A stretch of 64,000 nt of DNA, from positions 73,224 through 137,223 of the forward strand of contig JAJFLU010000048.1 in the NCBI GenBank assembly GCA_021772515.1. Reading direction: 5' to 3'. The stretch comes from Opitutales bacterium. GTDB lineage: Bacteria; Verrucomicrobiota; Verrucomicrobiia; Opitutales; UBA2987. This document shows, in pieces, positions 45,857 to 57,037 of the stretch; the stretch's first letter is position 1, and every line of letters begins with the position of its first letter. The translations under genes and the position numbers were made by a program. A model generated the notes under the pieces. The model was not told the DNA's origin, made no database searches, and saw only the letters and a program-made list of their open reading frames with translations.

Positions 45857-47693
45857 GTGGCGGAATGTAGGTAATGAGAAGAACCCCGGAAAACCGCACC
45901 AAAAGTATGGGAAAAACGGAGCGGTAAACGTAGGGAAGTGATTTTTTGAACCGCATTGCCGAGAGGAAGAGGTTCATGCCGACCGGAGGGGTTAGATAAC
46001 CGAGTTCGAGGTTGGCCAGAAAGATGATCCCGAGGTGAATCGGATCGATGCCAAATGCTAATCCCATTGGCACAATCAGGGGCACAACCACCACAATGGC
46101 CGAGAAAATGTCCATCACACAGCCCACCAAAAGGAGGAAGAGGTTTAAAAAGAGGAGAAATACCCAGCGGGACTCGATTGTCTGGCTGACCCATTCGACG
46201 GCGCGGTCCGGCAGTTGGGCATCGATGAGGTAGTTGTTGAAACCCATTGCCACCCCGAGGATGAGAAGGACGCCGCCAATCAGCAGCCCGCATTCCGTTG
46301 TCACCCTCGGTATGTCGCGTAAAATTTTGAGATCCCGATAGATTAAAGTCTCTGCAGAAAAAGCGTATAGCGCGGTGACTGCAGCCGCCTCCACAGGAGT
46401 GGCGAAACCACCAAAAAGTGCGGTCAGAGCGACGACGGGGAGAAGCAATTCCCATTTCGCAACCCAGATTGCACGGCCAGCAATTTTCAGATCAAACGGC
46501 GGTAAATCGGCCCTCTCGGCGGTCGGGGGAGCGCGTTTCACGCCCCACCATGCAGTCAAAACGACAAGCAGGATGCCGGGACCGACTCCCCCGAGAAAAA
46601 TCTCTTTGATAGTCACACCAGCGCCAATGGTTGTGGCGACGACGGCGTAAAGTATGAGGGGAAGGCAGGGGGGAAAAAGCAGCCCGAGGGAACCGGCCGA
46701 TGTGAGTAAGCCGAGGGCATCTTTTTCGCTGTATCGCGCGGAAATGAGGACGGGCATGAGGAGTCCGCCAAGGGCAAGGATGGTCACGCCGGAGGCCCCC
46801 GTAAATGAGGTGAAAAAGGCACAAACAAGAACCGTTACGATGGCCGGACCTCCTTTGATTCTCCCCACAAGAGCCTGAAAAACATCAATGAGTCGTTTCG
46901 AAGCGCCACCCTCGGCGAGGAAATAACCGGCCAACGTAAAAAGCGGTATGGCCGCCAGAGTTGGGTTTACCACCATCCGGTAGTGATCGAGCGCGATGGA
47001 TGCGATCGGGTTTTGATCCCCCCAGAATAAAATGAGGGCGGCTCCTCCCAGAGCGGAAAATATGGGAGCGCCCAGAACAATGGCGACACCGAGAAGAAGG
47101 AGAGCCGGTAAAACAAGATTGCCCGGATCAATCGGCGGGTAGACCCCCACCCCCACTATCAGTCCACTTAAAAAAAGGACCAGAAGGCCCATTTTCCAGG
47201 ATTTGGAGCAATGTCGAAAAAGACGCCAGGCGATTATCGTGAACGCGATTGGCATCACCATCTGGACCGCCCATACGGGAATTCCATAGGAGAGAATCTT
47301 CCCCGCCTCTTTGGTAATAAGAACGTATTGATACCCGGCCACCGCCAACCCGATACTGATGGCGATGGCAAATGCGCCGCTGAATACGGCGGCGGCGGTT
47401 TTCCATTTGCCTCCGAGGAAGGTTGTCAGCGTGGACATGGTGAGAAGGCGGTCTTCGCGGGCGGCAACGGCGGCTCCCAAGAGGGAGGAGACCAAAACCA
47501 GATGCTGAACCATGGCCGCGACCCCGGATATGCTCTGCTGGAAGAGTTTCCGTAAAACGATTTCGGCCAAAGGCAGTATGACAATTCCCGCCAGGGAAAA
47601 GGTCAGAAGAAGGTTTTCACCCTGACGGAGAACGGTTAACCAAACCGGCCTTGCCTCTTTTACTGAATCTTCCGTATCGATATCGGGGGTCAT
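45825..47693 (-). CDS. TRAP transporter fused permease (DctQ-DctM fusion)
   Basis: 622 aa. ~4 TM DctQ-like N-terminus plus a 12-TM DctM-like body. ATGA-type overlap with dctP. Confidence 0.85.
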   Translation of the reverse strand: MTPDIDTEDSVKEARPVWLTVLRQGENLLLTFSLAGIVILPLAEIVLRKLFQQSISGVAAMVQHLVLVSSLLGAAVAAREDRLLTMSTLTTFLGGKWKTAAAVFSGAFAIAISIGLAVAGYQYVLITKEAGKILSYGIPVWAVQMVMPIAFTIIAWRLFRHCSKSWKMGLLVLFLSGLIVGVGVYPPIDPGNLVLPALLLLGVAIVLGAPIFSALGGAALILFWGDQNPIASIALDHYRMVVNPTLAAIPLFTLAGYFLAEGGASKRLIDVFQALVGRIKGGPAIVTVLVCAFFTSFTGASGVTILALGGLLMPVLISARYSEKDALGLLTSAGSLGLLFPPCLPLILYAVVATTIGAGVTIKEIFLGGVGPGILLVVLTAWWGVKRAPPTAERADLPPFDLKIAGRAIWVAKWELLLPVVALTALFGGFATPVEAAAVTALYAFSAETLIYRDLKILRDIPRVTTECGLLIGGVLLILGVAMGFNNYLIDAQLPDRAVEWVSQTIESRWVFLLFLNLFLLLVGCVMDIFSAIVVVVPLIVPMGLAFGIDPIHLGIIFLANLELGYLTPPVGMNLFLSAMRFKKSLPYVYRSVFPILLVRFSGVLLITYIPPLTLVLPRLLE

Positions 47694-48751
47694 TGGCGAG
47701 CGGCGCTTTTACCCTGCCGGTAATCCTTTAATTGAAGCTGTACCTCGTCGAAAATATCCTCTGGAACCATCCTTCCCCTCAAAAAATCGTAAATATTTTC
47801 AGCCTCATGTCGCCAAATAGCCTCAAGCTCAGGTGATACCGGCTGCACCTTGAGTCCCCATTTTTTCTGCATCGTCTTTACCGATTCATCGCTCTCCAGT
47901 CGTCCACTCGCCTTGATTTCTTTGCCTGCCAACCGCGCAGATTTCACCATTTCCATACGAATGCGAAAGGGTATCTCCTCCCAGACTTTCTTTGAGATTA
48001 CCAATGCGCCGACCATGGGCGACCAGTTGAGCTCGAGCATGTGCGGGGCAGGCGTGTAAACCTGCGAGGCCAACGCGATCGAGGGCGGCATGGGGACTGA
48101 GTCGATGAGGCCGGTTTGGAGGCTGGTCAGGATATCGCCCGGTTCGAGGGGAACGACGGTGAAACCCGCTTCCCGAAAGGTGTCGGATGTGGCAGTGCTT
48201 CCAGCCCAGGTAAATAGCTTTGTTTTCCTTAATTCGTCCGGTGTGGCAACCTGAGTCTTGGAAAAAAACCGGACCCAGCCCATGTCGGCCCAAAATAGCG
48301 CAATGAAACCCTTTTCCCGCAATCGTTTTTCCAGCATGGGCTGGAGTTTTTCGCTCACGAACTCGACCTCATCGAGGGTTCGAAACATCATGGGCATAAA
48401 TTGCAGTCCAGAGGTCGCGGGTTCGATTTCGCTCAACCCGGCAGTGGTCAACAAGGCCGCCTGTATCTGTTTGATGCGCATCCGATCGACCATTGCGGCC
48501 TCCCCCCCCTGAATGCCTCCCGGGTAAATAATCAATTCAACGGTACCGCCAGAGGCATCCTTCCAGGCCTGCCCCATGCGTTGAAGGGATCGGTGGAAGG
48601 AGGAGCCTTTCGGCGCAATGGTGGTGAGCTTGATACGGTGCTCGGCCGCCTGTATCTCTGTTGAAAAAGGATTCGTCAGTGCAATCGCAAAGATAACCAA
48701 GGCAAAAAGGGAGTATCGACGGCTGGATTGGGACATATTTCGAATAATCAC
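47690..48751 (-). CDS. dctP: TRAP transporter substrate-binding protein (DctP family)
   Basis: 353 aa. Signal peptide. DctP-like periplasmic binding protein sequence. Confidence 0.8.
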   Translation of the reverse strand: MIIRNMSQSSRRYSLFALVIFAIALTNPFSTEIQAAEHRIKLTTIAPKGSSFHRSLQRMGQAWKDASGGTVELIIYPGGIQGGEAAMVDRMRIKQIQAALLTTAGLSEIEPATSGLQFMPMMFRTLDEVEFVSEKLQPMLEKRLREKGFIALFWADMGWVRFFSKTQVATPDELRKTKLFTWAGSTATSDTFREAGFTVVPLEPGDILTSLQTGLIDSVPMPPSIALASQVYTPAPHMLELNWSPMVGALVISKKVWEEIPFRIRMEMVKSARLAGKEIKASGRLESDESVKTMQKKWGLKVQPVSPELEAIWRHEAENIYDFLRGRMVPEDIFDEVQLQLKDYRQGKSAARQ

Positions 48752-48786
48752 TTAAATAGGTAAATTGGCAGGGTTGTCGGGCGGGA

Positions 48787-49740
48787 TCAATCCAGGAAAT
48801 AACGGTCGATACGATTCAAGAGCCACCGAGCCCGACGCTGAAATATCAGGTTAGCCAGACGCCATTCGGGGTGAATATCGGTATCGATGGCCAGCGCCTT
48901 GTTTAATAGCATCTGGAATTCGGCCCGGTCCTGATTGGGAATGGAAACCGCTTCGGCGAGGGCAATATAGGTGGACGCCTGGAGGCCATCGGAAAGCTCG
49001 ACGGCCCTTTTATAGTGACGCCGGGAGCGGATTTCGGGCAAATCCGGGCGGTTTAGGCGGGTGGTTTCATAGGTAATGAGGAAGGAGTGGATAGCGCCGT
49101 TTTCGTAAGATTCGTCGAGATCAAGGGCACGGTCGATGAGAGCGTCAACGATTGGGAGGTCGCCGATAAGGTTTGGGTCGTCCTTTGATAATGCGATGGC
49201 AGACACCCATGCGGAGGCAGTCCAATAGAGGAGTGGGACATCTTTTAAACTGGTATCTTCGACTGCCGAGGCGGGATTGGACCTGAGGTTTGCCCCGAAT
49301 CCCGGATAACTGGCTTCCAGTCCACGAAGTCCATAATTTCGCGCTCTGAGGTAAAGCCGACGGGCACGGTTATGTAGAAGGAGGGCCGCCTCGAGATCGG
49401 AATCTTCGAGAAAATCGGCCTTCTGCTGGACAAAGGCATAGCCGTATTGGGTAAAACCGCTGGCCGTGGCAAAGAGAAGGCCCTGGTGTTCGGGAACCTG
49501 TTCGAGAATGGTTTCCATCAATTTCAGGCTGAAAGGCATGGCCGCGCCAACAAAATCGGGATCGTCATCGGAAGTGAATGTCGTCCCGCCGGAAGCAAGG
49601 GCATCTCCCATCTTGGTGATGGCCATTTGCTCGATATTGACACATCCCTGAAGCAGACAAATCATCAGAACCAGGGCGATTTTGGAAAAAATCACAGGTC
49701 GGGGATGTTCCCGCGACATTGGGCAGGCGGTATTTTTCAC
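48787..49740 (-). CDS. TRAP-associated TPR protein, TatT family
   Basis: 317 aa. Lipoprotein-like N-terminus (LLQGC). ...LLYWTASAWVSAIALSKDDP...ENGAIHSFLITYE... resembles TatT. Sits upstream of dctP-dctQM. Confidence 0.6.
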   Translation of the reverse strand: MKNTACPMSREHPRPVIFSKIALVLMICLLQGCVNIEQMAITKMGDALASGGTTFTSDDDPDFVGAAMPFSLKLMETILEQVPEHQGLLFATASGFTQYGYAFVQQKADFLEDSDLEAALLLHNRARRLYLRARNYGLRGLEASYPGFGANLRSNPASAVEDTSLKDVPLLYWTASAWVSAIALSKDDPNLIGDLPIVDALIDRALDLDESYENGAIHSFLITYETTRLNRPDLPEIRSRRHYKRAVELSDGLQASTYIALAEAVSIPNQDRAEFQMLLNKALAIDTDIHPEWRLANLIFQRRARWLLNRIDRYFLD

Positions 49741-50047
49741 TTAAATTTTGCCTCCTTTGTTTGCGATCCAGCTACGAGTATGAAAAAATGCTACAGCTAT
49801 CTGCATAAAAAGTAAAACCAAAGCGTCGTCACCCGACAGATTGATTAAAAACAGGCTATGATTTCAAAGATTTCCAATCCTGTTGGGTGGGCATGATCGT
49901 ATAATTTAGCCGGGGTTGAAATGGTTTCAAAAAAATCGCATTTCCTTTTTCAACTGATTGAATATTGGCTTTGATTATTTTCAGACATGAACTATCTTGG
50001 TCTACTTTGAAAAATAAATCGGTGGAACATCATAGGAGAATTGAGGC

Positions 50048-50521
50048 TTGGACCTAAAAGAAATCAAACAAATCGTCGATCTAATGAAGCGCTCGTCTCT
50101 GACCGAGTTCGAGATCGAGGAAGAGGGCTTTAAGCTGCGCCTTTGCCGAGGGGAAGCCCCCAAAGTGGTGGCCATGGGGACTGCGAGTCCGTTTCCGCCG
50201 GGAGTTCTGGAAGCGGCGGCAACAACGGTGCCCACAAGCCCAGAGCAGGTGGAGCCCAAAGTGGAAAAGAAGGATGAAAGCATCGATTTTATCAAATCGC
50301 CCATGGTGGGCACTTTTTACCTCGCCGCCTCCCCCGAAAGCGCCCCCTTCGTCGAAGAGGGTTCCACGGTTGGCGCGGAAACTGTCGTCTGCATCATCGA
50401 AGCGATGAAGGTAATGAACGAAATACAGGCCGAGATATCGGGCACCATTGTCGAAATTCTGGTCGAAAACGGCTCATCTGTTGAATTCGGGCAGCCGCTT
50501 TTCAAGGTTAAAAAAGCCTGA
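50048..50521 (+). CDS. accB: Acetyl-CoA carboxylase biotin carboxyl carrier protein
   Basis: 157 aa from a TTG start. Biotinylation motif EAMKVMNEI. Confidence 0.92.
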   Translation: MDLKEIKQIVDLMKRSSLTEFEIEEEGFKLRLCRGEAPKVVAMGTASPFPPGVLEAAATTVPTSPEQVEPKVEKKDESIDFIKSPMVGTFYLAASPESAPFVEEGSTVGAETVVCIIEAMKVMNEIQAEISGTIVEILVENGSSVEFGQPLFKVKKA

Positions 50522-50532
50522 AACCCCCCTCC

Positions 50533-51921
50533 ATGTTTCAAAAAATTTTAATCGCTAACCGGGGCGAAATAGCGCTCCGTATAATTCGGGCTTGCAAGGA
50601 GCTTGGGATCAAAACCGTGGCCGTCTACTCGGAGGCCGATGAGCAGTCCCTGCATGTGCAACTTGCGGACGGGGCCATCTGTATCGGCCCGGCAGCGAGT
50701 TCGGAAAGTTATTTGAAGACGGACCGCATCATCAGCGCAGCCGAGATTGCCGACGTGGACGCCATTCACCCGGGGTATGGTTTTTTGGCCGAGAATCCTG
50801 AATTTGCCGAGCAGTGTGAGGGTTGTAACATCAAGTTTATCGGCCCGAATTCGGATACCATACGGCAAATGGGGGATAAGGCGGTGGGGCGTGAAACCGT
50901 AAAAAAAGCCCGTGTGCCGATTATTCCCGGGAGCGATGGGCCGGTGGAAAACGAAAAGGCGGCCCTCAGTATCGCCAAAAAAATCGGTTTTCCGGTAATC
51001 ATCAAAGCGGTGGCCGGCGGCGGCGGGCGCGGTATGCGGCTGGCCCATAATGCGATCACTTTCTCGCGTGAATTTTTCAGCGCCAGCAACGAGGCCGAAA
51101 AGGCTTTCGGCAATGGTTCCGTTTATGTGGAGAAGTATATCGAGGACCCGCGCCACATTGAGTTTCAAATACTGGCGGACAGTTTTGGTAAAATAGTGCA
51201 CCTTGGAGAGCGCGATTGCTCGGTGCAACGGCGGCATCAAAAGCTCATTGAGGAGGCGCCTTCACCCTTTCTCAGCAACGACTTGCGTAAGCGGATGGGG
51301 CGTGCGGCAATCCGCGCGGCAGCGGCCTGTAATTACGAAAATGCCGGAACGGTGGAGTTTCTTGTGGATAAAAAGGGGGACTTTTATTTCATCGAAATGA
51401 ATACCCGAATCCAGGTCGAACATGGGGTTACGGAGGAGGTTACGGGGATTGATTTGATCAAGGAGCAAATACGGATCGCCGCCGGGGAGAAGCTCGATAT
51501 GGAGCAAAAAGATGTCAAATTTATGCGATATGCGGTCGAATGTCGTATTTGCGCCGAGGATCCGGCTCGAAATTTCGCGCCCAATCCGGGGGAAATCACG
51601 CTCTACTATCCTCCCGGCGGACATGGGGTAAGGGTTGACTCCCACGTCTATGGTGGATATGTTATCCCCCAGCATTATGATAGCATGATAAGTAAAGTCA
51701 TCACCTATGGGCGAACACGCGAGCTCGCGCTGGACCGGATGTACCGGGCTTTGAGCGAATATCTCATTCGCGGCATCAATACCACTATCCCTTTTTCGAT
51801 GGCCGTGATATGCGATCCGGTCTTTCGACAGGGGGCCGCCACGACCAGTTATGTGGAAGAATTTATCAACCGATCACCGAAAAATCTATTCAGCAAATCC
51901 AAACAGGAAGGACAGGAATAA
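50533..51921 (+). CDS. accC: Acetyl-CoA carboxylase biotin carboxylase subunit
   Basis: 462 aa. [26 protein letters not shown]..., ATP-grasp blocks, ...[14 protein letters not shown]. Confidence 0.95.
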   Translation: MFQKILIANRGEIALRIIRACKELGIKTVAVYSEADEQSLHVQLADGAICIGPAASSESYLKTDRIISAAEIADVDAIHPGYGFLAENPEFAEQCEGCNIKFIGPNSDTIRQMGDKAVGRETVKKARVPIIPGSDGPVENEKAALSIAKKIGFPVIIKAVAGGGGRGMRLAHNAITFSREFFSASNEAEKAFGNGSVYVEKYIEDPRHIEFQILADSFGKIVHLGERDCSVQRRHQKLIEEAPSPFLSNDLRKRMGRAAIRAAAACNYENAGTVEFLVDKKGDFYFIEMNTRIQVEHGVTEEVTGIDLIKEQIRIAAGEKLDMEQKDVKFMRYAVECRICAEDPARNFAPNPGEITLYYPPGGHGVRVDSHVYGGYVIPQHYDSMISKVITYGRTRELALDRMYRALSEYLIRGINTTIPFSMAVICDPVFRQGAATTSYVEEFINRSPKNLFSKSKQEGQE

Positions 51922-51923
51922 CC

Positions 51924-52391
51924 ATGCCCAAGAAAAAACAAACCCCTACCAAAGCCTCCGAGGTTCAGGAAGTCCCAACAGTTAACGAAGACTCTTCAAA
52001 TTTCGGCAACATCCAGATAAATCTGGGAGTCGTAGAAACTCTAGTAAGGTTGGCGGCCAAGGAAGTTGAAGGAGTCCACTCCGTGGTCCGAAGCGGTTTA
52101 GTGGACGATGTCTCGAGTTTTATTACCAAGAAGGAGCCCGTTCGCCCGATACAGGTGGAAGAGGAAAATAACTGTTATATCATCACCGTGCGGCTCAATA
52201 TGCTGATCGGGTATGAATTGGCTAAAACCGCCTATGAAGTGCAACAGGTGGTCTGCGATTCAGTATATAAAATGACCAACCAGCGGGTGGCCAAAATCGA
52301 TGTTAAAATCGAGGATGTCAAAAACAAGGATGAGTCCAAGCATGAGATATCCGAAGAGGATGTCGATCTGCCCACCCACAATACCGATTAA
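51924..52391 (+). CDS. Asp23/Gls24-family envelope stress protein
   Basis: 155 aa from ATG 51924. ...INLGVVETLVRLAAKEVEGVHSV... is typical of Asp23. Confidence 0.75.
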   Translation: MPKKKQTPTKASEVQEVPTVNEDSSNFGNIQINLGVVETLVRLAAKEVEGVHSVVRSGLVDDVSSFITKKEPVRPIQVEEENNCYIITVRLNMLIGYELAKTAYEVQQVVCDSVYKMTNQRVAKIDVKIEDVKNKDESKHEISEEDVDLPTHNTD

Positions 52392-52425
52392 GAGCCATTT
52401 TTAACTGAATTGGGGGACAACGATT

Positions 52426-52926
52426 ATGGAGGCTTACCAACATACACTTAATTACCTGATGTCGGGGCCCTACCCCTGGATTGGCGGAGCGGTATTGCTG
52501 CTTCTCATCGTAATGTGGGTGCGGGCGCGCCATCAGCCTTCCACAATCGTGGCCTTCGACAATCCGGATGGGCCGGTGAATGTTTCCCGCAGCGCGATCA
52601 ACGAGCTGGTCCAAAGCGCGACCGATGACATCGGCGAGGTGGCCAAATGTGTGGCCCGAATTCAAACCCGTGGTGGCCGCTTAAATGTGGAACTGCGCAT
52701 AAAAATGGTGGCGGGAAGTAATTTGAGCGAAGTATCCATAATATTGCAAAACCGGGTAAAAAGTTCTCTGCGAAACAGCCTCGGAATCGAAAAGATGGGT
52801 TCTATCAAAGTCAGGCTAACCGGTTTCATCGGCCAAAATAAAGCGTCCTATGTCGTTACCGATCCGACACCCCGCGCTGTAGAAGTACCCGAGGAGGAAA
52901 CCGCCGAGGAAGAGTCGGAGAGCTGA
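52426..52926 (+). CDS. AmaP-like membrane anchor protein (Asp23 partner)
   Basis: 166 aa. One N-terminal TM, an Asp23-like body and an acidic tail. Position directly after the Asp23 gene. Confidence 0.5.
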   Translation: MEAYQHTLNYLMSGPYPWIGGAVLLLLIVMWVRARHQPSTIVAFDNPDGPVNVSRSAINELVQSATDDIGEVAKCVARIQTRGGRLNVELRIKMVAGSNLSEVSIILQNRVKSSLRNSLGIEKMGSIKVRLTGFIGQNKASYVVTDPTPRAVEVPEEETAEEESES

Positions 52927-52940
52927 TAGTTTTAGCCTGC

Positions 52941-53444
52941 TTAATCCGAATCCGCAGCGCGGTGGATATTTTCGATCAATCGCGTGGTGCTGTAGCCTTC
53001 GAGAAAGGGGAGAATCTCGATCTTCGCCCCCACAGATTCGAGGGCGTGACGCTCGTCGGGGTCCAGGGTGGAAATTTTATAGTCACCGGCTTTTACATAA
53101 ACATCGGGCTTTAAAGCCTCAATCTCCGGGGTCAGTCGCTTGCTTTGAAAGGTGACAATGCCATCGACAAATTCGAGGGCGGCAAGGGCGTAAGCCCGCT
53201 CCTCCTGAGGCTGGACGGGCCGGTTCGGGCCTTTCAGCATGCGCACACTTTGGTCGCCATTGAGCAATATCCAGAGTTGGTCGCCCAATGCGGCAGCCTG
53301 TCGCAAATAGTAAAGATGGCCGGTATGCAGGAGATCGAATACTCCGTTGGTTATGACCAGGGTTTGCCCCTCACTTTGAAGCTTACGGCGTCGGGTGACG
53401 GCTTCCTCGAGAGGCCACAATTTTTTGTTTATTAGTTCTGTCAC
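52941..53444 (-). CDS. Cytidylyltransferase-like adenylyltransferase (RfaE domain II / HldE C-terminal type)
   Basis: 167 aa. Nucleotidyltransferase HxGH motif in TNGVFDLLHTGHLYYL. Confidence 0.8.
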   Translation of the reverse strand: MTELINKKLWPLEEAVTRRRKLQSEGQTLVITNGVFDLLHTGHLYYLRQAAALGDQLWILLNGDQSVRMLKGPNRPVQPQEERAYALAALEFVDGIVTFQSKRLTPEIEALKPDVYVKAGDYKISTLDPDERHALESVGAKIEILPFLEGYSTTRLIENIHRAADSD

Positions 53445-53474
53445 CTTGATAGGGCGCGAAGCCGGGTGGGCAAA

Positions 53475-54614
53475 TTAATCGAAAAATCGTTTCGCTTTTT
53501 CAAAAAATGAGGCCCCTACGGGGTTGTCGGCATCTCCGCAGGCGATGGCAAATTCCTCGAGTTTGGCCCGTTGGTCGCTGTTGAGTTTGGTGGGCACTTC
53601 GATTTGGACGCGTATTAGCTGGTCACCTTTGCGATTGCCGCGAAGGTTGGGCATGCCGTGCCCGCGCAGGCGAAAGGTGGTGCCGCTTTGGGTGCCGGAA
53701 GGGATTTTCAAGGATACCTTGCCCCCGAGGGAGGGCACATCAATGGCCCCGCCAATGGCTGCGAGAGTGAATTTAATGGGGATTTCGCAGAAAAGGTCGT
53801 CACCGTGTCTTTCAAAGATTTCGTGCTCCTTGACATGGATGACTACATATAGGTCGCCCGAGGTGCCACCCATAATGCCTGCCTCTCCATTTCCCGCAGA
53901 GCGTAATTTGGATCCCGTATCGACGCCCTTTGGAATGCGGAGCTTGATCTGGCTGTTTTTTGAAATCCTGCCTTCGCCACTGCAATGTTTGCAGGGATTT
54001 TCCACCCTGACACCCTGTCCTGAACAGGTGGGACAAGTTTGGCGGACGCTGAAAAATCCACGTTGTGACATGACCTGACCATGCCCGCCGCAAGAGGTGC
54101 AAGTGACGGCCTTGGAGCCGGGGGTGGCACCGGAACCTCGGCAATTTTCGCAGGTAGCGGCACGGCGAAAGGAGATTTGTTTTTCCGCGCCGTTGGCTGC
54201 CTCGCCCAGTGTTATCTCCAAATCGTAGCGCAGATCGGAGCCGCGTCGGGAACCGCCGCGTGAGCTTTCCCCCCCGCCGAAAAATTCCTCGAAGATATTC
54301 CCGCTACCGGCACCTCCAAAGACTTCTCGAAAAATGTCGAAGGGGTCGTGAAAACCGCCGGCTCCGCCCTGCCGACCCATGCCCCCGCGTTGAAATGCGG
54401 CGTGGCCATAGCGGTCATAAGTGGCCCGTTTATCCGAATCTTTGAGGATTTCATAAGCCTCGGAGATCTTTTTAAACATCTCTTCGGCATCCTTTTTGCC
54501 CTGGTTTTTATCGGGATGGTACTGCACCGCTTTTTTGCGGTAAGCCTTTTTTATATCTTCGGCAGAGGCATCCTTGGATATCCCGAGCAGATCGTAATAA
54601 TCTTCTTTGGCCAT
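53475..54614 (-). CDS. dnaJ: Molecular chaperone DnaJ
   Basis: J domain with HPD (YHPDKN), G/F-rich linker, and four CxxCxGxG zinc-finger repeats ([32 protein letters not shown]). Confidence 0.95.
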   Translation of the reverse strand: MAKEDYYDLLGISKDASAEDIKKAYRKKAVQYHPDKNQGKKDAEEMFKKISEAYEILKDSDKRATYDRYGHAAFQRGGMGRQGGAGGFHDPFDIFREVFGGAGSGNIFEEFFGGGESSRGGSRRGSDLRYDLEITLGEAANGAEKQISFRRAATCENCRGSGATPGSKAVTCTSCGGHGQVMSQRGFFSVRQTCPTCSGQGVRVENPCKHCSGEGRISKNSQIKLRIPKGVDTGSKLRSAGNGEAGIMGGTSGDLYVVIHVKEHEIFERHGDDLFCEIPIKFTLAAIGGAIDVPSLGGKVSLKIPSGTQSGTTFRLRGHGMPNLRGNRKGDQLIRVQIEVPTKLNSDQRAKLEEFAIACGDADNPVGASFFEKAKRFFD

Positions 54615-54626
54615 TTTGGGAATGTA

Positions 54627-55211
54627 TTATGAGGAAGACTCACCTGGTGCGGACGCCCCGCAGGAGACCACTACGGCGGCTGCCCGTAACAGACGGTCAT
54701 GTAGTTTGTAACCTTTTCGGGTTACAGCGATAATTTTACCCTCCTCCACTTCTTCACTGGGATGATGGGCCACGCCCTCGTGTAAATTGGGATCAAATAC
54801 CTCGCCCTGTGGATCGATTTCGGAGACTCCATGCTCTTTTAAAACGGATTGTAATTGATTGAAGACCATGGCGAATCCATCCGTTACCGGTTTGGCTTCG
54901 GGGTGCTTGCTGGCTGACTCCAAGCCGATGGCGAGGGAATCGAGCATCGGAAGCAGGTCTTCGAGCAACAGGGCAGCGCCGTATTTGCGCAATTGCTCCT
55001 TGTCGCGAACCATTCTTTTGCGAAAGTTTTCGTGTTCGGCGGCAGCCCTGAGAAACCGATCCCGGTGCTCCTGGACCTGTGCCTGAACCTCATCGAATTT
55101 TTTCAAAAGCTCGCTCTGTACATTCTCATCTGCCACGGTCGTTTCTGCGACAGCCTCTTCTGGTTGTGAATTTTCTGTTTCCACTTCTTGAACTGGTTTC
55201 TCTCCACTCAT
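54627..55211 (-). CDS. grpE: Nucleotide exchange factor GrpE
   Basis: 194 aa. ...RAAAEHENFRKR...DSL...FDPNLHEGV... GrpE blocks. Confidence 0.92.
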   Translation of the reverse strand: MSGEKPVQEVETENSQPEEAVAETTVADENVQSELLKKFDEVQAQVQEHRDRFLRAAAEHENFRKRMVRDKEQLRKYGAALLLEDLLPMLDSLAIGLESASKHPEAKPVTDGFAMVFNQLQSVLKEHGVSEIDPQGEVFDPNLHEGVAHHPSEEVEEGKIIAVTRKGYKLHDRLLRAAAVVVSCGASAPGESSS

Positions 55212-55239
55212 GATTGGGTAAATTGCAAACGGTCAGGTT

Positions 55240-56076
55240 TTACTTTTTCTTCAAGTTTTCAAATACTTTTTTCAAGGCCTGCCCTGTTTCATCGACTCCT
55301 TCAATTATTGTTTTAGCGCCTTCTTCCAGCGTTCCCGTTGTCCATTGGAGCAACCCGCGATAAGTATCGCCTTGAATCAGCGAATTCACGACATCCTTGA
55401 CGATGAAGGCGAGACCCTGGTTGGAAAGTTCCGAAATGATGGGGCTGGCGATTTCTTTGGGATCGGAAACATCCTGCAACTCGACCATGATATCGACATC
55501 ATGTTCGCGAATACGAGGGGATCGCCCGGAATAATTGGCCACCTTCAACGTATCCAGTTTTATTACGAGGTGTTCGATGAGGAAATTCTGAGGGGCCTCC
55601 TCCTCAATCACTATCCCTTCATCTTCGTCTGTATCTTCTTGTTTATCGGATTTTGGTTCTTCCTCATCCAATTCGAGCGCCATGATAAACCCGGCGATGT
55701 TGTTGGTTGATTCGGAGTTGGTCACGTATCCGAGTTGCTCGATATCAATGAATAGTTCCTGGATTAAGTAGCGATCGCCCAATAAGGATAGTGGGCGCAG
55801 GTCAATTTTCAAACGATTGATTTCGATAAATTCCGGTTCGGGATAGGCAACCGGGTTTTCGAGGCTTGCCTCCGTTAACTCCACGGAGCCTTCCAATGGA
55901 TTAAAACTCAGATCACCGAAATCGGCCCTGTAACCCGTTTTTTTCTCCAATCGGTATTCCAGGTATTCGGGCAGAAGAAAATATCCGGCCACGGCGAGAC
56001 CCCCGGCCATGAAGAGGATCATGAACAGGAGGCTGAAAAGGCAGCCCAAGGTTTTTCGCGCGAGCGTGAATATCAT
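55240..56076 (-). CDS. Hypothetical membrane-anchored protein with central acidic linker
   Basis: 278-aa ORF. N-terminal TM (LFSLLFMILFMAGGLAVAGYFLL). No motif recognised. Confidence 0.55.
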   Translation of the reverse strand: MIFTLARKTLGCLFSLLFMILFMAGGLAVAGYFLLPEYLEYRLEKKTGYRADFGDLSFNPLEGSVELTEASLENPVAYPEPEFIEINRLKIDLRPLSLLGDRYLIQELFIDIEQLGYVTNSESTNNIAGFIMALELDEEEPKSDKQEDTDEDEGIVIEEEAPQNFLIEHLVIKLDTLKVANYSGRSPRIREHDVDIMVELQDVSDPKEIASPIISELSNQGLAFIVKDVVNSLIQGDTYRGLLQWTTGTLEEGAKTIIEGVDETGQALKKVFENLKKK

Positions 56077-56077
56077 G

Positions 56078-57037
56078 TCAGGTAAAGTTATCGGTTATCA
56101 GAGCCACCGAGTCTTCGGTAGCTTCGAGGCCAAAAGAGCCTCCGTAGGGAAGGAGCGCGTTGTCTCCTTTTTTAAAAGTATTGTCCGAATCGGTTTCCCG
56201 AAGGCAACCGGATACGACATGTAACAAACGAGCCTGTTCCCCGCATGGCAACCCTGGAACCTCTGCCCCTTCAACAATGTTGAACAGTCGTATGCGAAAA
56301 TTGGGGCAAGAAGCCAGCGTTTGCTCCCGCTTTTGCCCATCGGGACGAAGAATTTCAGGTTCGAAATCGTTCCAATCGATACATTTGAGCGACTCCTCGA
56401 TATGGAGCTGCCGGGGTTTCCCATCGAGTCCCGAACGGCCCCAATCGTATACGCGGTAGGTGGTATCGGAGTTTTCCTGGATTTCCAGAATGAGGTTCCC
56501 GGCGTCGATGGCATGGAGACGGCCGCTTTGTACAAACATGGAATCACCGGGGGCGACCGGTATCCGGTGGATGAGGGGCTCGAGTGCGTCTGCGCACAAG
56601 GCAGCCTCGAATTGCGGGCGAGTTACTCCACGCTTGAGACCGACGAGCAGGCTTGCTTCGGGTTCGGCGGCGGCGATATACCAATGCTCCGTTTTGCTCT
56701 CGCCTCCCAATGACTCGGCAACCGATGCAGGGGGATGCACCTGAAGGCTGAGTCGCGCCCGGCAATCGAGCCATTTCACCAAAATAGGGAAGGGCATTCC
56801 GGGCGGGAAATTTGGCCCCATGATGAATTCTGGATGTTTGGCCAAAGCCTCCTGCAAGGTAAGCCCCTGCAATCTGCCGTTGGCAATGACCGATCTTGCT
56901 TCGGGTCTGTCAGCCACTTCCCAGCTTTCTCCAATCCGCTTTTCGGGCATCAATTTGCGCCCGAGGTGGGTTTGCAGGCCAGTTCCTCCCCAAACCCTTT
57001 CTTGATAAATTGGCTGGAAAAGAGTAATATCACTCAT
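56078..57037 (-). CDS. manA: Class I mannose-6-phosphate isomerase (cupin)
   Basis: 319 aa. ...YQERVWGG..., LSLQVHPP, ...GRLHAIDAGNLILEIQENSDTTYRVYDW. Confidence 0.85.
   Translation of the reverse strand: MSDITLFQPIYQERVWGGTGLQTHLGRKLMPEKRIGESWEVADRPEARSVIANGRLQGLTLQEALAKHPEFIMGPNFPPGMPFPILVKWLDCRARLSLQVHPPASVAESLGGESKTEHWYIAAAEPEASLLVGLKRGVTRPQFEAALCADALEPLIHRIPVAPGDSMFVQSGRLHAIDAGNLILEIQENSDTTYRVYDWGRSGLDGKPRQLHIEESLKCIDWNDFEPEILRPDGQKREQTLASCPNFRIRLFNIVEGAEVPGLPCGEQARLLHVVSGCLRETDSDNTFKKGDNALLPYGGSFGLEATEDSVALITDNFT

Noticed and set aside
49741-50047. Possible ncRNA or riboswitch in the 307-bp gap upstream of accB (TATAAT at 49900-49905)
   Set aside because: No convincing -35 element at proper spacing, no conserved riboswitch core recognised, and no stable extended stem found by eye. 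Treated as an ordinary AT-rich promoter region.
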